64,000 nucleotides of DNA from an uncultured Candidatus Rokubacteria bacterium (GTDB taxonomy: Bacteria; Methylomirabilota; Methylomirabilia; Rokubacteriales; CSP1-6). Each line of letters begins with the position of its first letter. Position 1 is the stretch's first letter. The stretch lies in NCBI GenBank assembly GCA_963747235.1, contig CAVVEU010000020.1:1-64000 (forward strand). The letters are read 5' to 3'. The notes below the pieces were generated by a model. That model saw nothing but the letters and a program-made list of their open reading frames with translations. It ran no database searches and was not told the origin of the DNA. Positions 49,574 through 62,106 of the stretch are shown here, one piece after another. Made by a program: the position numbers and the translations under genes.

Positions 49574-52021
49574 TCAGTGTTCCGCCAGCGCCAGCCGGGG
49601 CTCCACCACCTGGATTTCCCGGAAGACGAGATCCTGCCCCTGCGCATCCACCTCGATCCGCACCCCATCGCCGAACTGCCCGCGCACGATGGCTTCGGCC
49701 AGCGGATCCTCGACGTGCTTCTGAATCGTACGGCGAAGCTGCCGGGCTCCGTAGGTCGCATCGTACCCCTTCTCGACCAGCAGGTCGAGGGCGGCCTCGG
49801 TGGGCTCGATCGAGATGCTCTTCTCGCCGAGCTGGGTGTTGATCCGGGCGATCATCATCCGCACGATCTTCGTGATGTCTTCCTTGCTCAGGGCGTGGAA
49901 GACGATGGTGTCGTCGATGCGGTTGATGAACTCGGGCCGGAACGCCCGCTTCAGCTCCTCGAGCACCCGCTCCTTCATCTTCTCGTGGGTGCGGTCTTCT
50001 CCCTCGGGCAGGAAGCCGGGTGATAGCCGCTTGCCGATGAAGCTGGTGCCGAGGTTGGAGGTCATGATCAGGATCGTGTTCTTGAAGTCCACCACGTGGC
50101 CGACCGAGTCGGTCAGGCGGCCGTCGTCCAGGACCTGGAGCAGCATGTTGAAGACGTCCGGGTGGGCCTTCTCGATCTCGTCGAACAGGACCACCGAGTA
50201 CGGCCGACGGCGGACCTTCTCGGTCAGGAACCCGCCCTCTTCGTAGCCCACGTAGCCGGGAGGCGCCCCGAGGAGCCGGGACACCGAGAACTTCTCCATG
50301 TACTCGGACATGTCCACCCGGATCAGGGCGTTCTCGTCGCCGAAGAGGTACTCGGCGAGGGTCCGGGCCAGCTCGGTCTTGCCGACGCCGGTGGGGCCCA
50401 GGAAGATGAACGAGCCCACGGGCCGGCGGCTGTCCTTGAGGCCGGCCCGGGAGCGCCGGATGGCCCGCGAGACCGCGGCCACCGCGTCGTCCTGGCCCAC
50501 GATGCGGCCGTGCAGGGCCTCTTCCATGCGGGCGAGCTTGGCCGACTCCTTCTCCTCGAGCTTCGAGAGCGGGATGCCGGTCCAGCGGGAGACGATGTAC
50601 TCGATGTCCTCCTCGGACACCGTCTGCGGGCCCTTGCCCTTGCGCTTGTCCCACTCGCGCTTCATGTCCTCGTCGCGCCCGCGCAGCAGCTTCTCCTTCT
50701 CTCGAAGGGAGGCGGCCTTCTCGAACTCCTGCGCCTCGAGGTACATGTCCTTCTCGCGCACCACCCGCTCGACTTCCTTGCCCAGCTCCTTGATCTCGGG
50801 GGGCGGCGTCAGCGCCATGAGGCGCGTCCGCGAAGACGCCTCGTCGATCACGTCGATGGCCTTGTCGGGGAGCTGCCGGTCGGTGATGTAGCGGTCGGCC
50901 AGCTTCACCGCCGCGTCGATGGCCCGATCGGTGATCTTCACCCGGTGGTGCGCCTCGTACTTGTGGCGCAGGCCCTTGATGATCTCGACCGCCTCGGTCA
51001 CGGAGGGGGCGCGGACGATGACGGGCTGGAAGCGCCGCTCGAGTGCGCCGTCCTTCTCGATGTACTTGCGGTACTCGTCCAGCGTGGTGGCGCCGATGGT
51101 CTGGATCTCGCCACGCGACAGGGCGGGCTTCAGCATGTTGGAGGCGTCGATGGCCCCCTCGGCCGCGCCGGCCCCGATCAGGGTGTGCAGCTCGTCCAGG
51201 AACAGAACCACGTTCTCGGACTGCCGGATCTCCTTCATGACCGCCTTGAGCCGCTCCTCGAACTGGCCGCGGTACTTGGTGCCGGCCACGAGCGCGCCCA
51301 GGTCGAGCTGCAGCAGTCGCTTCTGGGCCAGCACGTCCGGCACCTCATGCCCCACGATCCGCTGGGCGAGCCCTTCGACGATGGCGGTCTTGCCCACGCC
51401 GGGCTCGCCGATCAGGACCGGGTTGTTCTTGGTCCGACGGGCCAGGATCTGGATCACCCGCTCGATCTCGGTCTCGCGGCCGATGACCGGGTCGAGCTTG
51501 CCCTCCCGGGCGAGCTGCGTGAGATCGCGCGCGAACTCGTCGAGAACGGGGGTCTGGGAGCGCTTCTTCGGGCGCGGGTAGTACTGGTCGCCGAGCAGGG
51601 CCAGCGTCTCCTGGCGGACCTCGTCCAGCCGGGCGCCGAGGGACTCGAGGATCTTGGCCGCGATCGACTGGCCTTCCTTCATCAGCCCGAGGAGCAGATG
51701 CTCCGTGCCGATGTAGTTGTGGCCGAGCTGGCGGGCTTCCTCGATCGATAGCTCGAGGACCCGCTTGGCCTGTGGAGTGAACGGCACTTCACCGAAGGTG
51801 AGCGTCTTGGGGAAGCCGGCCAGCGCTCGCTCGACTTCCGCCTTCACCGTCTCGAGGCGCAGCCCCAGCCGCTGAAGCACGGCAGTCGCGATGCCTTCGC
51901 CGTCACGGATGAGTCCGAGCAGGATGTGCTCGGTCCCAACGAAATCGTGACGGAACCGCCCTGCCTCTTCCCTGGCCAGGATGATGACCCGACGCGCCCG
52001 CTCCGTGAATCGCTCGAACAC
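49574..52021 (-). CDS. clpC: ATP-dependent Clp protease ATPase subunit ClpC
   Basis: [12 protein letters not shown] Clp-N repeats, [11 protein letters not shown]-like middle domain [18 protein letters not shown]. Confidence 0.93.
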   Translation of the reverse strand: MFERFTERARRVIILAREEAGRFRHDFVGTEHILLGLIRDGEGIATAVLQRLGLRLETVKAEVERALAGFPKTLTFGEVPFTPQAKRVLELSIEEARQLGHNYIGTEHLLLGLMKEGQSIAAKILESLGARLDEVRQETLALLGDQYYPRPKKRSQTPVLDEFARDLTQLAREGKLDPVIGRETEIERVIQILARRTKNNPVLIGEPGVGKTAIVEGLAQRIVGHEVPDVLAQKRLLQLDLGALVAGTKYRGQFEERLKAVMKEIRQSENVVLFLDELHTLIGAGAAEGAIDASNMLKPALSRGEIQTIGATTLDEYRKYIEKDGALERRFQPVIVRAPSVTEAVEIIKGLRHKYEAHHRVKITDRAIDAAVKLADRYITDRQLPDKAIDVIDEASSRTRLMALTPPPEIKELGKEVERVVREKDMYLEAQEFEKAASLREKEKLLRGRDEDMKREWDKRKGKGPQTVSEEDIEYIVSRWTGIPLSKLEEKESAKLARMEEALHGRIVGQDDAVAAVSRAIRRSRAGLKDSRRPVGSFIFLGPTGVGKTELARTLAEYLFGDENALIRVDMSEYMEKFSVSRLLGAPPGYVGYEEGGFLTEKVRRRPYSVVLFDEIEKAHPDVFNMLLQVLDDGRLTDSVGHVVDFKNTILIMTSNLGTSFIGKRLSPGFLPEGEDRTHEKMKERVLEELKRAFRPEFINRIDDTIVFHALSKEDITKIVRMMIARINTQLGEKSISIEPTEAALDLLVEKGYDATYGARQLRRTIQKHVEDPLAEAIVRGQFGDGVRIEVDAQGQDLVFREIQVVEPRLALAEH

Positions 52022-52192
52022 TGTGGGTGACCTCGCGCCTTTCTGACTTCGGGTTATGGCTCGCCGGGGGCCCTTACTTCACCCCGATGCTCCCTAAACC
52101 TGCGATGAGTATATGCCTTCCGGCGCCTTCGGCCTAGCCCTTTCTTGTGACGCCTTCCGTCACGACCCTGTAACCCCTTGAAACTCGTGGAC

Positions 52193-52879
<687 letters not shown>

Positions 52880-52891
52880 GGCGCCCGCCGC

Positions 52892-54130
52892 TCACTCATA
52901 GCGAAGGACCTCGATCGGATCCATGCGCGCGGCCCGGCGGGCCGGCGACAGGGTCGCGAGGAAGGAGATCACGAGAGTAGAGCCGACGATCATGGCAAAA
53001 TCGGAGCCGGTCAGCTTCATCGGCAGGTAGCTGATCTGGTACACGTCGCCGGCCAGCCGGATGATCTTGTAGGTGTTCTGCACCCAGATCAGGAGCAGCC
53101 CGAAGGCGCTGCCCGCCACCGTGCCCCCCACCCCGATCAGCATGCCGGCCACCAGGAACACGGTGCCGATGCTCCCCGCCCCGGCCCCCATCGCCTTGAG
53201 GATGCCGATCTCCTTCCGCTTCTCCGCCACGAGCAGGACGAGGTGCCCGATGATGGCGAAGGCCGCCACCAGCACGATGATGGTGACGATCACGAACAGG
53301 GCCAGCTTCTCGAGCTGGAGCGCCGCGAACAGGTTGCGGTTCATGTCCATCCAGTCGCGGATCCAGTACGGCCCCTTGAGGCGGGCCGCGATCGTCCGCC
53401 CCACGTCCTTGGCGTCGAAGGGATTGGCCAGCTTCACCTCCACGCCCGTCACCCGGTCGCCCAGTCCCGCGAACTCCTGGGCCGCGGCCAGTGACGTGTA
53501 GGCGAGTGAGGCGTCGTACTCGTACATGCCGACCTCGACCCAGCCGGCCACCAGGAAGCGCCGCATCTTGGGGACGAGCCCGACCGCGGTCATGGCCCCC
53601 TGCGGGGAGATCACCGTGACGTGGTCACCCGGGGCGACGCCGAGGCTCCGCGCCAGCTCCCGCCCCAGGAGGAGCGCGGGCTCCGAGCCCGTGAGCACCG
53701 GCTCCATGCTGCCGAAGCGGACCTGCGAGCCGATCGCGTCGCGCACCGCCGGGGTGGCGAGATCCACGCCGCGCAGGAGCCCGCCGGTCGCGCCGCCGTT
53801 CGCCGAGGTGAAGAGCGCCTGCTGGAGCACGAAGGGCGTGGCGGAGACGACGCCCGGGACCGGGGCCACCTGCTGGGCGAGGCCGCCACCGTCCGCCACC
53901 CCGCGCCCGCCCGCTTCCATGATCAGCACGTGCGGGTTGGCCGAGATGATCTTGTCCCGGATGCCGTCCTGGAAGCCGGTCATGACCGCGAGCACCACGA
54001 TGAGCGCGCTCACGCCCAGGAAGACGCCCCCGATGCCGATCCAGACGAAGAGCGAGAGGTTGGTCCGGTGGCCGCGCGCCCGCAGGTAGCGGAGCCCGAG
54101 GAACACCTCGAAGGGCATGCGCCGTAGCAT
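52892..54130 (-). CDS. Lipoprotein-releasing ABC transporter permease (LolC/E/F family)
   Basis: LIVVLAVMTGF, WMDMNRNLFAALQLEK, KRKEIGILKAMGA, LRYE terminus. Confidence 0.93.
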   Translation of the reverse strand: MLRRMPFEVFLGLRYLRARGHRTNLSLFVWIGIGGVFLGVSALIVVLAVMTGFQDGIRDKIISANPHVLIMEAGGRGVADGGGLAQQVAPVPGVVSATPFVLQQALFTSANGGATGGLLRGVDLATPAVRDAIGSQVRFGSMEPVLTGSEPALLLGRELARSLGVAPGDHVTVISPQGAMTAVGLVPKMRRFLVAGWVEVGMYEYDASLAYTSLAAAQEFAGLGDRVTGVEVKLANPFDAKDVGRTIAARLKGPYWIRDWMDMNRNLFAALQLEKLALFVIVTIIVLVAAFAIIGHLVLLVAEKRKEIGILKAMGAGAGSIGTVFLVAGMLIGVGGTVAGSAFGLLLIWVQNTYKIIRLAGDVYQISYLPMKLTGSDFAMIVGSTLVISFLATLSPARRAARMDPIEVLRYE

Positions 54131-55695
54131 CAGGCGCCGTCCTCCTCGGCCGAGTCACTGTCCTCCGCGCCGGTCCGCTCGGGCCGGAGGTGGGGGAACA
54201 GGATCACATCCCGGATCGACGCGGCGTTGGTGAACAGCATGGCGAGCCGGTCGATGCCGATCCCTTCCCCCGCGGTGGGGGGCAGGCCGTACTCCAGCGC
54301 GCGCACGAAGTCCTCGTCCATCCAGTGCGCTTCCTCGTCGCCGCGCTCGCGCTCCTTCGCCTGCTCCTCGAAGCGGCGGCGCTGGTCGATCGGGTCGTTG
54401 AGCTCGGAGTACGCGTTGGCGATCTCCCGCCGGCAGACGTAGAGCTCGAAGCGGTCCACCAGGCGCGGCTGCCCCTGCTTCTGCTTGGAGAGCGGCGACA
54501 GCTCGATGGGGAAATCCACCACGAAGGTGGGCTGCACCAGGGTGGGCTCGACGAGCGTGTCGAAGATCTCCTTCCACAGCGCGACCGGGCCGTGCTCGCC
54601 GCGGAGCACCGTCTGGGTCTTGCGATCGGTCCCGAACCCGCCCCGGCGCGTGGCCGCCTCCCCGAGCGGGCGCGCCTCGGTCTCGGGCGTGACCGGGCTG
54701 CCGATCGCCTCGCCCAGGGCCTGGAAGAAGGGCAGCCGGCGCCACGGCGGGGCCAGGCGAATCGTCTCGCCCTGGTACGTGAGCTCGTCCCGGCCCAGCA
54801 GGGTCTGCCCGAGCTGGCCGAAGAGCTCCTCGGTGAGCTGCATCAGGTCCTGGTAGTCGGCGTAGGCCTGGTAGAACTCCAGCATCGTGAACTCGGGATT
54901 GTGCTGGGTCGACATGCCTTCGTTCCGGAAGTTGCGGTTGATCTCGTACACGCGCTCGAGGCCGCCGACCACGAGGCGCTTGAGATACAGCTCGGGGGCG
55001 ATGCGCAGGTAGAGCGGCATGTCGAGCGCGTTGTGGTGCGTGACGAACGGCTTGGCCGCGGCGCCCCCCGGGATCGGCTGCATCATGGGGGTCTCCACCT
55101 CGAGGAAGCCGCGCGCGTCGAAGAAGGCGCGCATCGCCGCGATGAGGCGGCTCTTCATCACGAAGGCTTCGCGGACCTGGGGGTTGACGATCAGGTCCAC
55201 GTAGCGGCGCCGGTAGCGCGTCTCCACGTCCTTCAAGCCATGCCACTTCTCGGGCAGCGGGCGCAGGGCCTTGGCGAGGAACTCGAACTGCTTCACCGCG
55301 ACCGTGAGCTCGCCGGTGCGGGTGCGGAAGAGCTCGCCGGTGACCCCGATGAAGTCGCCCACGTCGAGATCCACGAAGGCCGGGTAGGCGTCGCCCAGCA
55401 CGTCGGCGCGGGCGTAGAGCTGGATCTGGCCCGACTGCTCGCGGAGCACCGCGAAGCAGGTCTTGCCGTGGTGGCGCATCGCCATCACCCGGCCGGCCAG
55501 CGCGACCGCGCCCGCGCTCTGCAGCGCGGCCTCGTCGGCGTCCTTGAAGCGCGCCTGCAACGTGCCCGCCCAGTGGGTGACCGGGAAGCGCGCGCCGAAC
55601 GGGTTGACCCCGCGCGCCCGCCAGGTCTCGAGCTTCTCCCGGCGGACGCGCATCTGCTCGTTGAGGTCGGGCGGCAGTCCGGGCGGCGTGGTCAT
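54130..55695 (-). CDS. lysS: Lysine--tRNA ligase (class II)
   Basis: [35 protein letters not shown]. Confidence 0.97.
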   Translation of the reverse strand: MTTPPGLPPDLNEQMRVRREKLETWRARGVNPFGARFPVTHWAGTLQARFKDADEAALQSAGAVALAGRVMAMRHHGKTCFAVLREQSGQIQLYARADVLGDAYPAFVDLDVGDFIGVTGELFRTRTGELTVAVKQFEFLAKALRPLPEKWHGLKDVETRYRRRYVDLIVNPQVREAFVMKSRLIAAMRAFFDARGFLEVETPMMQPIPGGAAAKPFVTHHNALDMPLYLRIAPELYLKRLVVGGLERVYEINRNFRNEGMSTQHNPEFTMLEFYQAYADYQDLMQLTEELFGQLGQTLLGRDELTYQGETIRLAPPWRRLPFFQALGEAIGSPVTPETEARPLGEAATRRGGFGTDRKTQTVLRGEHGPVALWKEIFDTLVEPTLVQPTFVVDFPIELSPLSKQKQGQPRLVDRFELYVCRREIANAYSELNDPIDQRRRFEEQAKERERGDEEAHWMDEDFVRALEYGLPPTAGEGIGIDRLAMLFTNAASIRDVILFPHLRPERTGAEDSDSAEEDGA

Positions 55696-55705
55696 GCGCG
55701 CGCGA

Positions 55706-56813
55706 TCACGCCGAGGGCGCGGGCCGGGCCATCGTCAGATAGGCGCGGATGAAGGGGTCGAGCCCGCCGTCCATCACCGCTTCCACGTTGCCCACCTCGA
55801 TCCCGGTCCGGTGATCCTTGATGATCTGGTAGGGCGCGAAGGTGTAGGTGCGGATCTGGCTGCCGAAGGCGATGTCCTTCTTCTCCCCGGTCAGGTCGGC
55901 CAGCTCCTGCTTCTGCTTCTGCTCGTAGATCTGGAAGAGGCGCGACTTGAGGATGCGCATGGCGGTGTCGCGGTTGCGGAGCTGCGAGCGCTCGTTCTGG
56001 CAGGCCACCACGAGGCCGCTCGGCAGATGGGTGATGCGCACCGCGGAGTCCGCCGTGTTGACCCCCTGCCCGCCCGGCCCCGAGGAGCGGTAGACGTCCA
56101 CCCGGAGATCCTCGTCGCGGACGACCACCTCCACGTCCTCGACCTCCGGGATGACCGCGACGGAGGCGAAGGAGGTGTGCCGGCGCCGGGAAGCGTCGAA
56201 GGGCGAGATGCGGATCAGGCGGTGCACGCCGGCCTCGCCCTTGAGATGCCCGTAGGCGTAGTCCCCGCTCATCTCGATGGTGGCCGACTTGATGCCCGCT
56301 TCCTCGCCCGCGAGCAGGTCCACCACCTCGGCCTTGAAGCCGGCGCGCTCCGCCCAGCGCAGGTACATGCGCATGAGCATCTGGGCCCAGTCCTGCGACT
56401 CGGTGCCGCCCGCTCCCGGGTGGATGGACATGATCGCGTTCTTCTTGTCCTGCGGCCGCGAGAGGATGATCTTCAGCTCGAAGGCTTCGACCTCTTCCCC
56501 GATCTGCTTGAGACTCTGCTGGATCTCCGCGGTCACGCTCTCGTCGCCGGCCTCGGTGGCCATCTCCCAGAGCAGGCGCGTCTCTTCCGCGCGGCCCGCG
56601 AGATCCTTGAAGGTGGTGACGGTGCGCGCCAGCTCGGCGCGCTCCTGCACGAGGGCCTGCGCCTTGCGGGTGTCCTCCCAGAAGCTGGGCGAGGACATCT
56701 CGGCGTCGATCAGGCCGAGGCGGGTTTCCTTGGTGGGGAGGTCAAAGATGCCCTCGGAGATCGTCGAGCCGCTTGTCCAGCTCGGCCACGTCACGCTTGA
56801 GCTCTCCTAGCAT
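55706..56813 (-). CDS. prfB: Peptide chain release factor 2 with programmed +1 frameshift
   Basis: SPF and GGQ motifs; short first [11 protein letters not shown]...RGHL ending CTT TGA C at 56747-56741. Confidence 0.96.
56741..56756 (-). promoter_or_regulatory. prfB +1 ribosomal frameshift site
   Basis: CGAGGGCATCTTTGAC: internal SD-like GAGGG followed by CTT-TGA-C. Confidence 0.92.
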
Positions 56814-58351
56814 GACGCGGGTGACCTCCGGCAGAAGGCGAGGGCGACACCGGCCGCCCCCAGACCGGCGCAGGCATACACGAGCCAGTCGCCGAATCGA
56901 GTGTAGAGCGTGGTGCGATCGCGCAGCGGGATGCGGCGGTGGAGGACGCCGCGCTCGAGCAGCGGCAGCATCGGGCCGATCCGCCCGCTGGGCTCCACGA
57001 ACGCCGAGACGCCGGTATTGGCGGCGCGCGCGATCGCCACGCGGTGCTCGACGGCGCGGAGCGGTAGCATCCCCAGGTGCTGCCAGGGGCCGCTCGTCTC
57101 CCCGAACCACGCGTCGTTGGTGATGTTGGCCATGAACGCCGCTCCGCGGACCACGAATCCCCGGAACAGCTCGGGGAAGATGACCTCGTAGCAGATCACG
57201 GTTCCGAACGGTGCGCCCGGCAACGGGAAGACGGTCTCGGTGTCACCGGTGCCGAATTCCGAGATGAACTCCGCCCAGCCCTTGACGAAGCTGAGCAGAC
57301 TCGCGAGCGGGACGTACTCCCCGAACGGAACCAGGTGAATCTTATCATACTTGGCCGTAATCCCTTGTCCGGTCAGCAGAAATGCGCTGTTCAGGAACTG
57401 CTCCCGGGGCCGATCCCGGCGGTCGATCGAGCCCACCAGGATCGGCGTGCCGACCTCTTCCGACAGCCGGCGGAGCCGCTCGAGCAGGACCGGGTCGCCG
57501 CGCAGGAAGATGGTTGTCGCGGTCTCCGGCCACAGCACGACCGCGGGTCGCGCGCGCGCGGCCTCGCGCGTGAGCTGCTCGTAGATGTCCATGATCTGCG
57601 CGTGGCGGGCCGGATCCCACTTGATCGTCTGCTCGATGGCCGGCTGGATCACCGCGACCTCGACCGAGCCGGCGCCGCCCGCGCTCGCCCGCCCGATGGC
57701 GTGGAGGCCGAAGGCGAGCGTGGCCACGAGCAGGACCATCGCCGCCGCCGCGCCGGGCCAGGCGCGCCGGGGGCCGAGCGCGAGGAGGCCGGCGAGTGCC
57801 GCGTTCACCGCGACGATCAGGAAGGACACCGCGTAGACGCCGCCCAGCTCGGCGATCTGGATCACCGGGAGCTGCGCCGCCTGCGAGTAGCCGAGCAGGC
57901 CCCAGGGGAAGCCGCCCATGAGCCAGCCGCGCAGCCATTCGCCCACCACCCAGAGGGCGGGCGCCAGCGCCAGCGCCGGGCCCGCGCCGAGCCGGCCCCG
58001 GAGCCAGGCCACCGCGCCCGCGACTGCTCCCAGGTAGAGGCCGCAGTACGCGGCGAGCGCCACGATCGGCAGCCACGTCAGCGGCCAGGGGATCGCGCTG
58101 TAGTGGAGGAACGTGTGGTCGAGCCATCTCAGGAGCAGCACGTAGAACACGGTACCGGAGAGCCAGCCGTCGAGCAGGGCGGCGCGGCCCGACCGCGTCG
58201 ATCCGGAGACCAGCGCGGGGACGAGCCAGATCCACGCCAGCGCCGCCCAGCTCGTCTTCGGGAACGCGAGCGCGCCGAGGATGCCGGCGGCCACGAGGAC
58301 GAGGATGCGCGCGGCGGTCGCGCCCCGGCTCGCGCCCGGCTCAGCTCCCAT
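56807..58351 (-). CDS. lnt: Apolipoprotein N-acyltransferase
   Basis: GGFPWGLLGYSQ, WPETA, YDKIHLVPFGEY, ICYE, TNDAWF, AANTG. Confidence 0.96.
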   Translation of the reverse strand: MGAEPGASRGATAARILVLVAAGILGALAFPKTSWAALAWIWLVPALVSGSTRSGRAALLDGWLSGTVFYVLLLRWLDHTFLHYSAIPWPLTWLPIVALAAYCGLYLGAVAGAVAWLRGRLGAGPALALAPALWVVGEWLRGWLMGGFPWGLLGYSQAAQLPVIQIAELGGVYAVSFLIVAVNAALAGLLALGPRRAWPGAAAAMVLLVATLAFGLHAIGRASAGGAGSVEVAVIQPAIEQTIKWDPARHAQIMDIYEQLTREAARARPAVVLWPETATTIFLRGDPVLLERLRRLSEEVGTPILVGSIDRRDRPREQFLNSAFLLTGQGITAKYDKIHLVPFGEYVPLASLLSFVKGWAEFISEFGTGDTETVFPLPGAPFGTVICYEVIFPELFRGFVVRGAAFMANITNDAWFGETSGPWQHLGMLPLRAVEHRVAIARAANTGVSAFVEPSGRIGPMLPLLERGVLHRRIPLRDRTTLYTRFGDWLVYACAGLGAAGVALAFCRRSPASC

Positions 58352-59081
58352 TCGCGAGCCGATCGGCCAGGGCGCGCGGCAGGCCCGCGGCGAGGATCTT
58401 GGCGGCCGCCGCCCGGTGGTCGTAGGCGACGCGGCGGATCGTCACCGAGCGGGCCTCGCGGTCCCAGATCGCGTAGCAGGCGCGCGAGTCGCGGTCGCGC
58501 GGCTGGCCGACGCTGCCCACGTTGACGAGGTACCGGCGGCCGTCGTCGAGCCGCACGTGGGCCTCCGGCCGGTCGAGTCGGTCGCGGTGATCCGGTCCCC
58601 CGCTGCCCACCGACCAGACGCCCGGCAGGTGCGAGTGGCCGATGAAGCAGAGCCGCGTGCCGAAGTCGCCGAACACCTGCAGGCCGTCCTCCTCGGATAC
58701 GAGATAGTCCCACTCCTCCGGGCTGCGCGGGCTCGCGTGCACGAGGGTGGCGTCCTCCATCGTGCGCATCAGGGGCAGATCGGTCAGGAAGCCGCGATGG
58801 CCGTCGTCGAGCTGCTCGCCCGTCCACTCGGCGGACGTCCGCGCCCACGGGTTGAACCAGCGCAGGTCGAGCAGCCCGAGCGCGCCGTGCTCGTGGTTGC
58901 CCGCCACCATCGCGCTTGCCCGCTCGCCCACCGTCTCCACGCACGCCACCGGGTCGGCGCCGTAGCCGACCAGGTCGCCCAGGCAGAGCACCTCGAGCGC
59001 GCCTTCGCCGGCGGCGTCGGCGAGCACGGCGGTGAGGGCTTCGAGATTGGCGTGGACGTCCGAGATGACCGCGTAGCGGAT
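58341..59081 (-). CDS. Calcineurin-like metallophosphoesterase; start codon reads ATC
   Basis: (I)RYAVISDVHAN, CLGDLVGYG, GNHE, HASP, GHSH, NVGSVGQPRD. Confidence 0.9.
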   Translation of the reverse strand: MRYAVISDVHANLEALTAVLADAAGEGALEVLCLGDLVGYGADPVACVETVGERASAMVAGNHEHGALGLLDLRWFNPWARTSAEWTGEQLDDGHRGFLTDLPLMRTMEDATLVHASPRSPEEWDYLVSEEDGLQVFGDFGTRLCFIGHSHLPGVWSVGSGGPDHRDRLDRPEAHVRLDDGRRYLVNVGSVGQPRDRDSRACYAIWDREARSVTIRRVAYDHRAAAAKILAAGLPRALADRLANGS

Positions 59082-59094
59082 GGCGGCCGGCCCG

Positions 59095-59514
59095 TCAGGA
59101 GGTGGGGGCTTGTTCTTTGTGGATGCGGTCGAGGATCCCGTTGATGAAGCGGCTGGACTCGTGGGTGCTGAACTTCTTCGCGACCTCGAGCGCCTCGTTG
59201 ATGGCGACCTTGGGGGGCACGGCGGCGCCCGCCCACCGCAGCTCGAAGATCGCCTGGCGGAGGATGTTGCGATCTACCACCGCCATGCGCTCGAGCTCCC
59301 AGTTCTCCGCGTAGCGCTCGATCAGCTCGTCGATCTCGGCCTCGTGCTTCTTGGTTCCGCGCACGAGCGTCTCCGCGAATTCCCGCGCCTCGGGATCCAC
59401 CGGATGGCGCACCCAGAAGTCGTCGAAGTGCGGCTCGGGCTGCCCCTCGCCCTGGACGTCCATCTGGTAGAGGAGCTGCAGCGACAGCTCCCGCGCCTTG
59501 CGGCGGCGGCCCAT
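59095..59514 (-). CDS. nusB: Transcription antitermination factor NusB
   Basis: RRKARELSLQLLYQ, VDRNILR, VAINEALEVAKKF, FINGILD. Confidence 0.95.
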   Translation of the reverse strand: MGRRRKARELSLQLLYQMDVQGEGQPEPHFDDFWVRHPVDPEAREFAETLVRGTKKHEAEIDELIERYAENWELERMAVVDRNILRQAIFELRWAGAAVPPKVAINEALEVAKKFSTHESSRFINGILDRIHKEQAPTS

Positions 59515-60008
59515 CAGCGCCCGCCCTTCCGGCCCCGGATCGAGCGCAGCCAGCCCGCCATCTCGAGCGCGGCCAGCGCGGCCTCCTCGCCCCGGTTGCC
59601 CACGACACCGCCCGCCCGCTCCCACGCCTGCTCCTCGGTGAGCGCGGTGATCACGCCGAAGGTCACCGGCACCCCGGTGTCGAGCCCGACGCGGCTGATG
59701 CCGTGCGCGGCCACGCCGCACACGTAGTCGAAGTGCGGGGTCGCGCCCTTGATCACCGTGCCCACGCACACCACGCCCGCGAAGCGGCGGGTGCGCGCGA
59801 GGGCCTGGGCGGCCTGCGGCAGCTCGAAGGAGCCCGGCACCCAGTGCACCTCCGCCGCGTCGCCGCTGACCCCGTGCTTGGCCAGGGCGGCGAGGGCGCC
59901 GTCGAGCAGCTTCTTGGAGATGGACTCGTTGAAGCGGGCCACCACGACCGCGAACCGCTGGCCGCGGGCGGCGGGCGTGACGCGGCGCTTGGGAGCGATA
60001 CCGGCCAT
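59514..60008 (-). CDS. ribH: 6,7-dimethyl-8-ribityllumazine synthase
   Basis: VVARFN, VPGSFELP, IKGATPHFDYV, PVTFGVIT. Confidence 0.95.
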   Translation of the reverse strand: MAGIAPKRRVTPAARGQRFAVVVARFNESISKKLLDGALAALAKHGVSGDAAEVHWVPGSFELPQAAQALARTRRFAGVVCVGTVIKGATPHFDYVCGVAAHGISRVGLDTGVPVTFGVITALTEEQAWERAGGVVGNRGEEAALAALEMAGWLRSIRGRKGGR

Positions 60009-60011
60009 CGG

Positions 60012-61228
<1,217 letters not shown>

Positions 61229-61229
<1 letters not shown>

Positions 61230-61903
61230 TATCGGGACCCCTCCTCCGTATCCGCTCGCCTCGGACCTCGTATCCGCTCGGCTCGCCTTCGGCTCACCTC
61301 GCCCTGCCGTGGCTGCGGCTCGGCCTCCAGCTGCAGAATTCGCTGCACGTACTTGCCGATCATATCCATCTCGAGGTTCACGCGCTGCCCCTTCCTCAAG
61401 GCCCCCAGGGTGGTCGCGGCCAGCGTGTGCGGGATGATCATGATCTCGAAATCCCGCTCGTTGAGCCGCGCCACCGTGAGGCTGACGCCGTCCACCGCCA
61501 CCGATCCCTGCGGGATCAGCAGCGGGGCCAGCGCCTCGTCCCGCCATTCTATCGTGAGCCGGGCGGTCTCTGCCTGTCGGGTCAGGGCCACCACGTGGCC
61601 CACGCCGTCCACGTGCCCCTGGACCAGGTGGCCGCCCACCAGGCCGCCCAGGCGCATGGGCCGCTCGAGGTTGACGGTGTCCCCGGCCGCGAGATCGCCC
61701 AGCGCGGTGCGCGCGAGCGTCTCCGGGCCCATGTCGAATCGCAGGCGTCCCGGACCGCGCTCGACCACCGTGAGGCAGGCCCCGTTGATCGCCACGCTGG
61801 CGCCCAGGTCGCTGTCCTCGAGCACGCGGTCGGCGCTCACCACGAGGCGCGCGCCGTCGCGCTCGAGGACGCGTCCCGTCTCTTCGATCAGGCCTGTGAA
61901 CAT
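61229..61903 (-). CDS. ribE: Riboflavin synthase (alpha chain)
   Basis: [42 protein letters not shown]. Confidence 0.95.
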
Positions 61904-61911
61904 GTTGTGTG

Positions 61912-61959
61912 GTGTGGTCAGCCGTTCGTGTGGTCAGCCGTTCGTGTGGTCAGCCGTTC
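61912..61959. repeat. Three perfect tandem 16-bp repeats immediately upstream of ribE
   Basis: gtgtggtcagccgttc at 61912-61927, 61928-61943 and 61944-61959. Confidence 0.95.
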
Positions 61960-61965
61960 AAGTCT

Positions 61966-62106
61966 TCAAGCTCTGTCTAATGCGGGGGCCCAGAAATGGC
62001 CCCCGCACTCCCCCAGGTCCGCGGACGACCGGTGTGGAGCCGCGGACAATCGGCGAGTTCGTGTTCGCGGTTCCGCAGGGTGCGGATGCTCGTGGGAGTC
62101 AGTCAT
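61966..62106 (-). CDS. Putative 46-aa repeat-derived small ORF
   Basis: ATG overlaps the ribD end (ATGACTGA); ends LGECGGHFWAPALDRA, like the trpS-scpA small ORF. Confidence 0.3.
   Translation of the reverse strand: MTDSHEHPHPAEPRTRTRRLSAAPHRSSADLGECGGHFWAPALDRA
61981..62056 (+). repeat. Palindromic repeat element, copy 4, with a partial second subunit
   Basis: tgcgggggcc-cagaaat-ggcccccgca-ctcccccaggtccgcggac, then ccgcggacaatcggcga at 62040-62056. Confidence 0.92.

Noticed and set aside
52140-52166. Intrinsic terminator after lolD
   Set aside because: The hairpin GTGACG-GAAGG-CGTCAC is followed by A-rich rather than U-rich sequence on the coding strand
61904-62098. FMN riboswitch in the rib operon
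   Set aside because: No RFN conserved motifs recognised; the region is explained by the repeat element and the 16-bp array, and the spacer before ribD is only 39 nt
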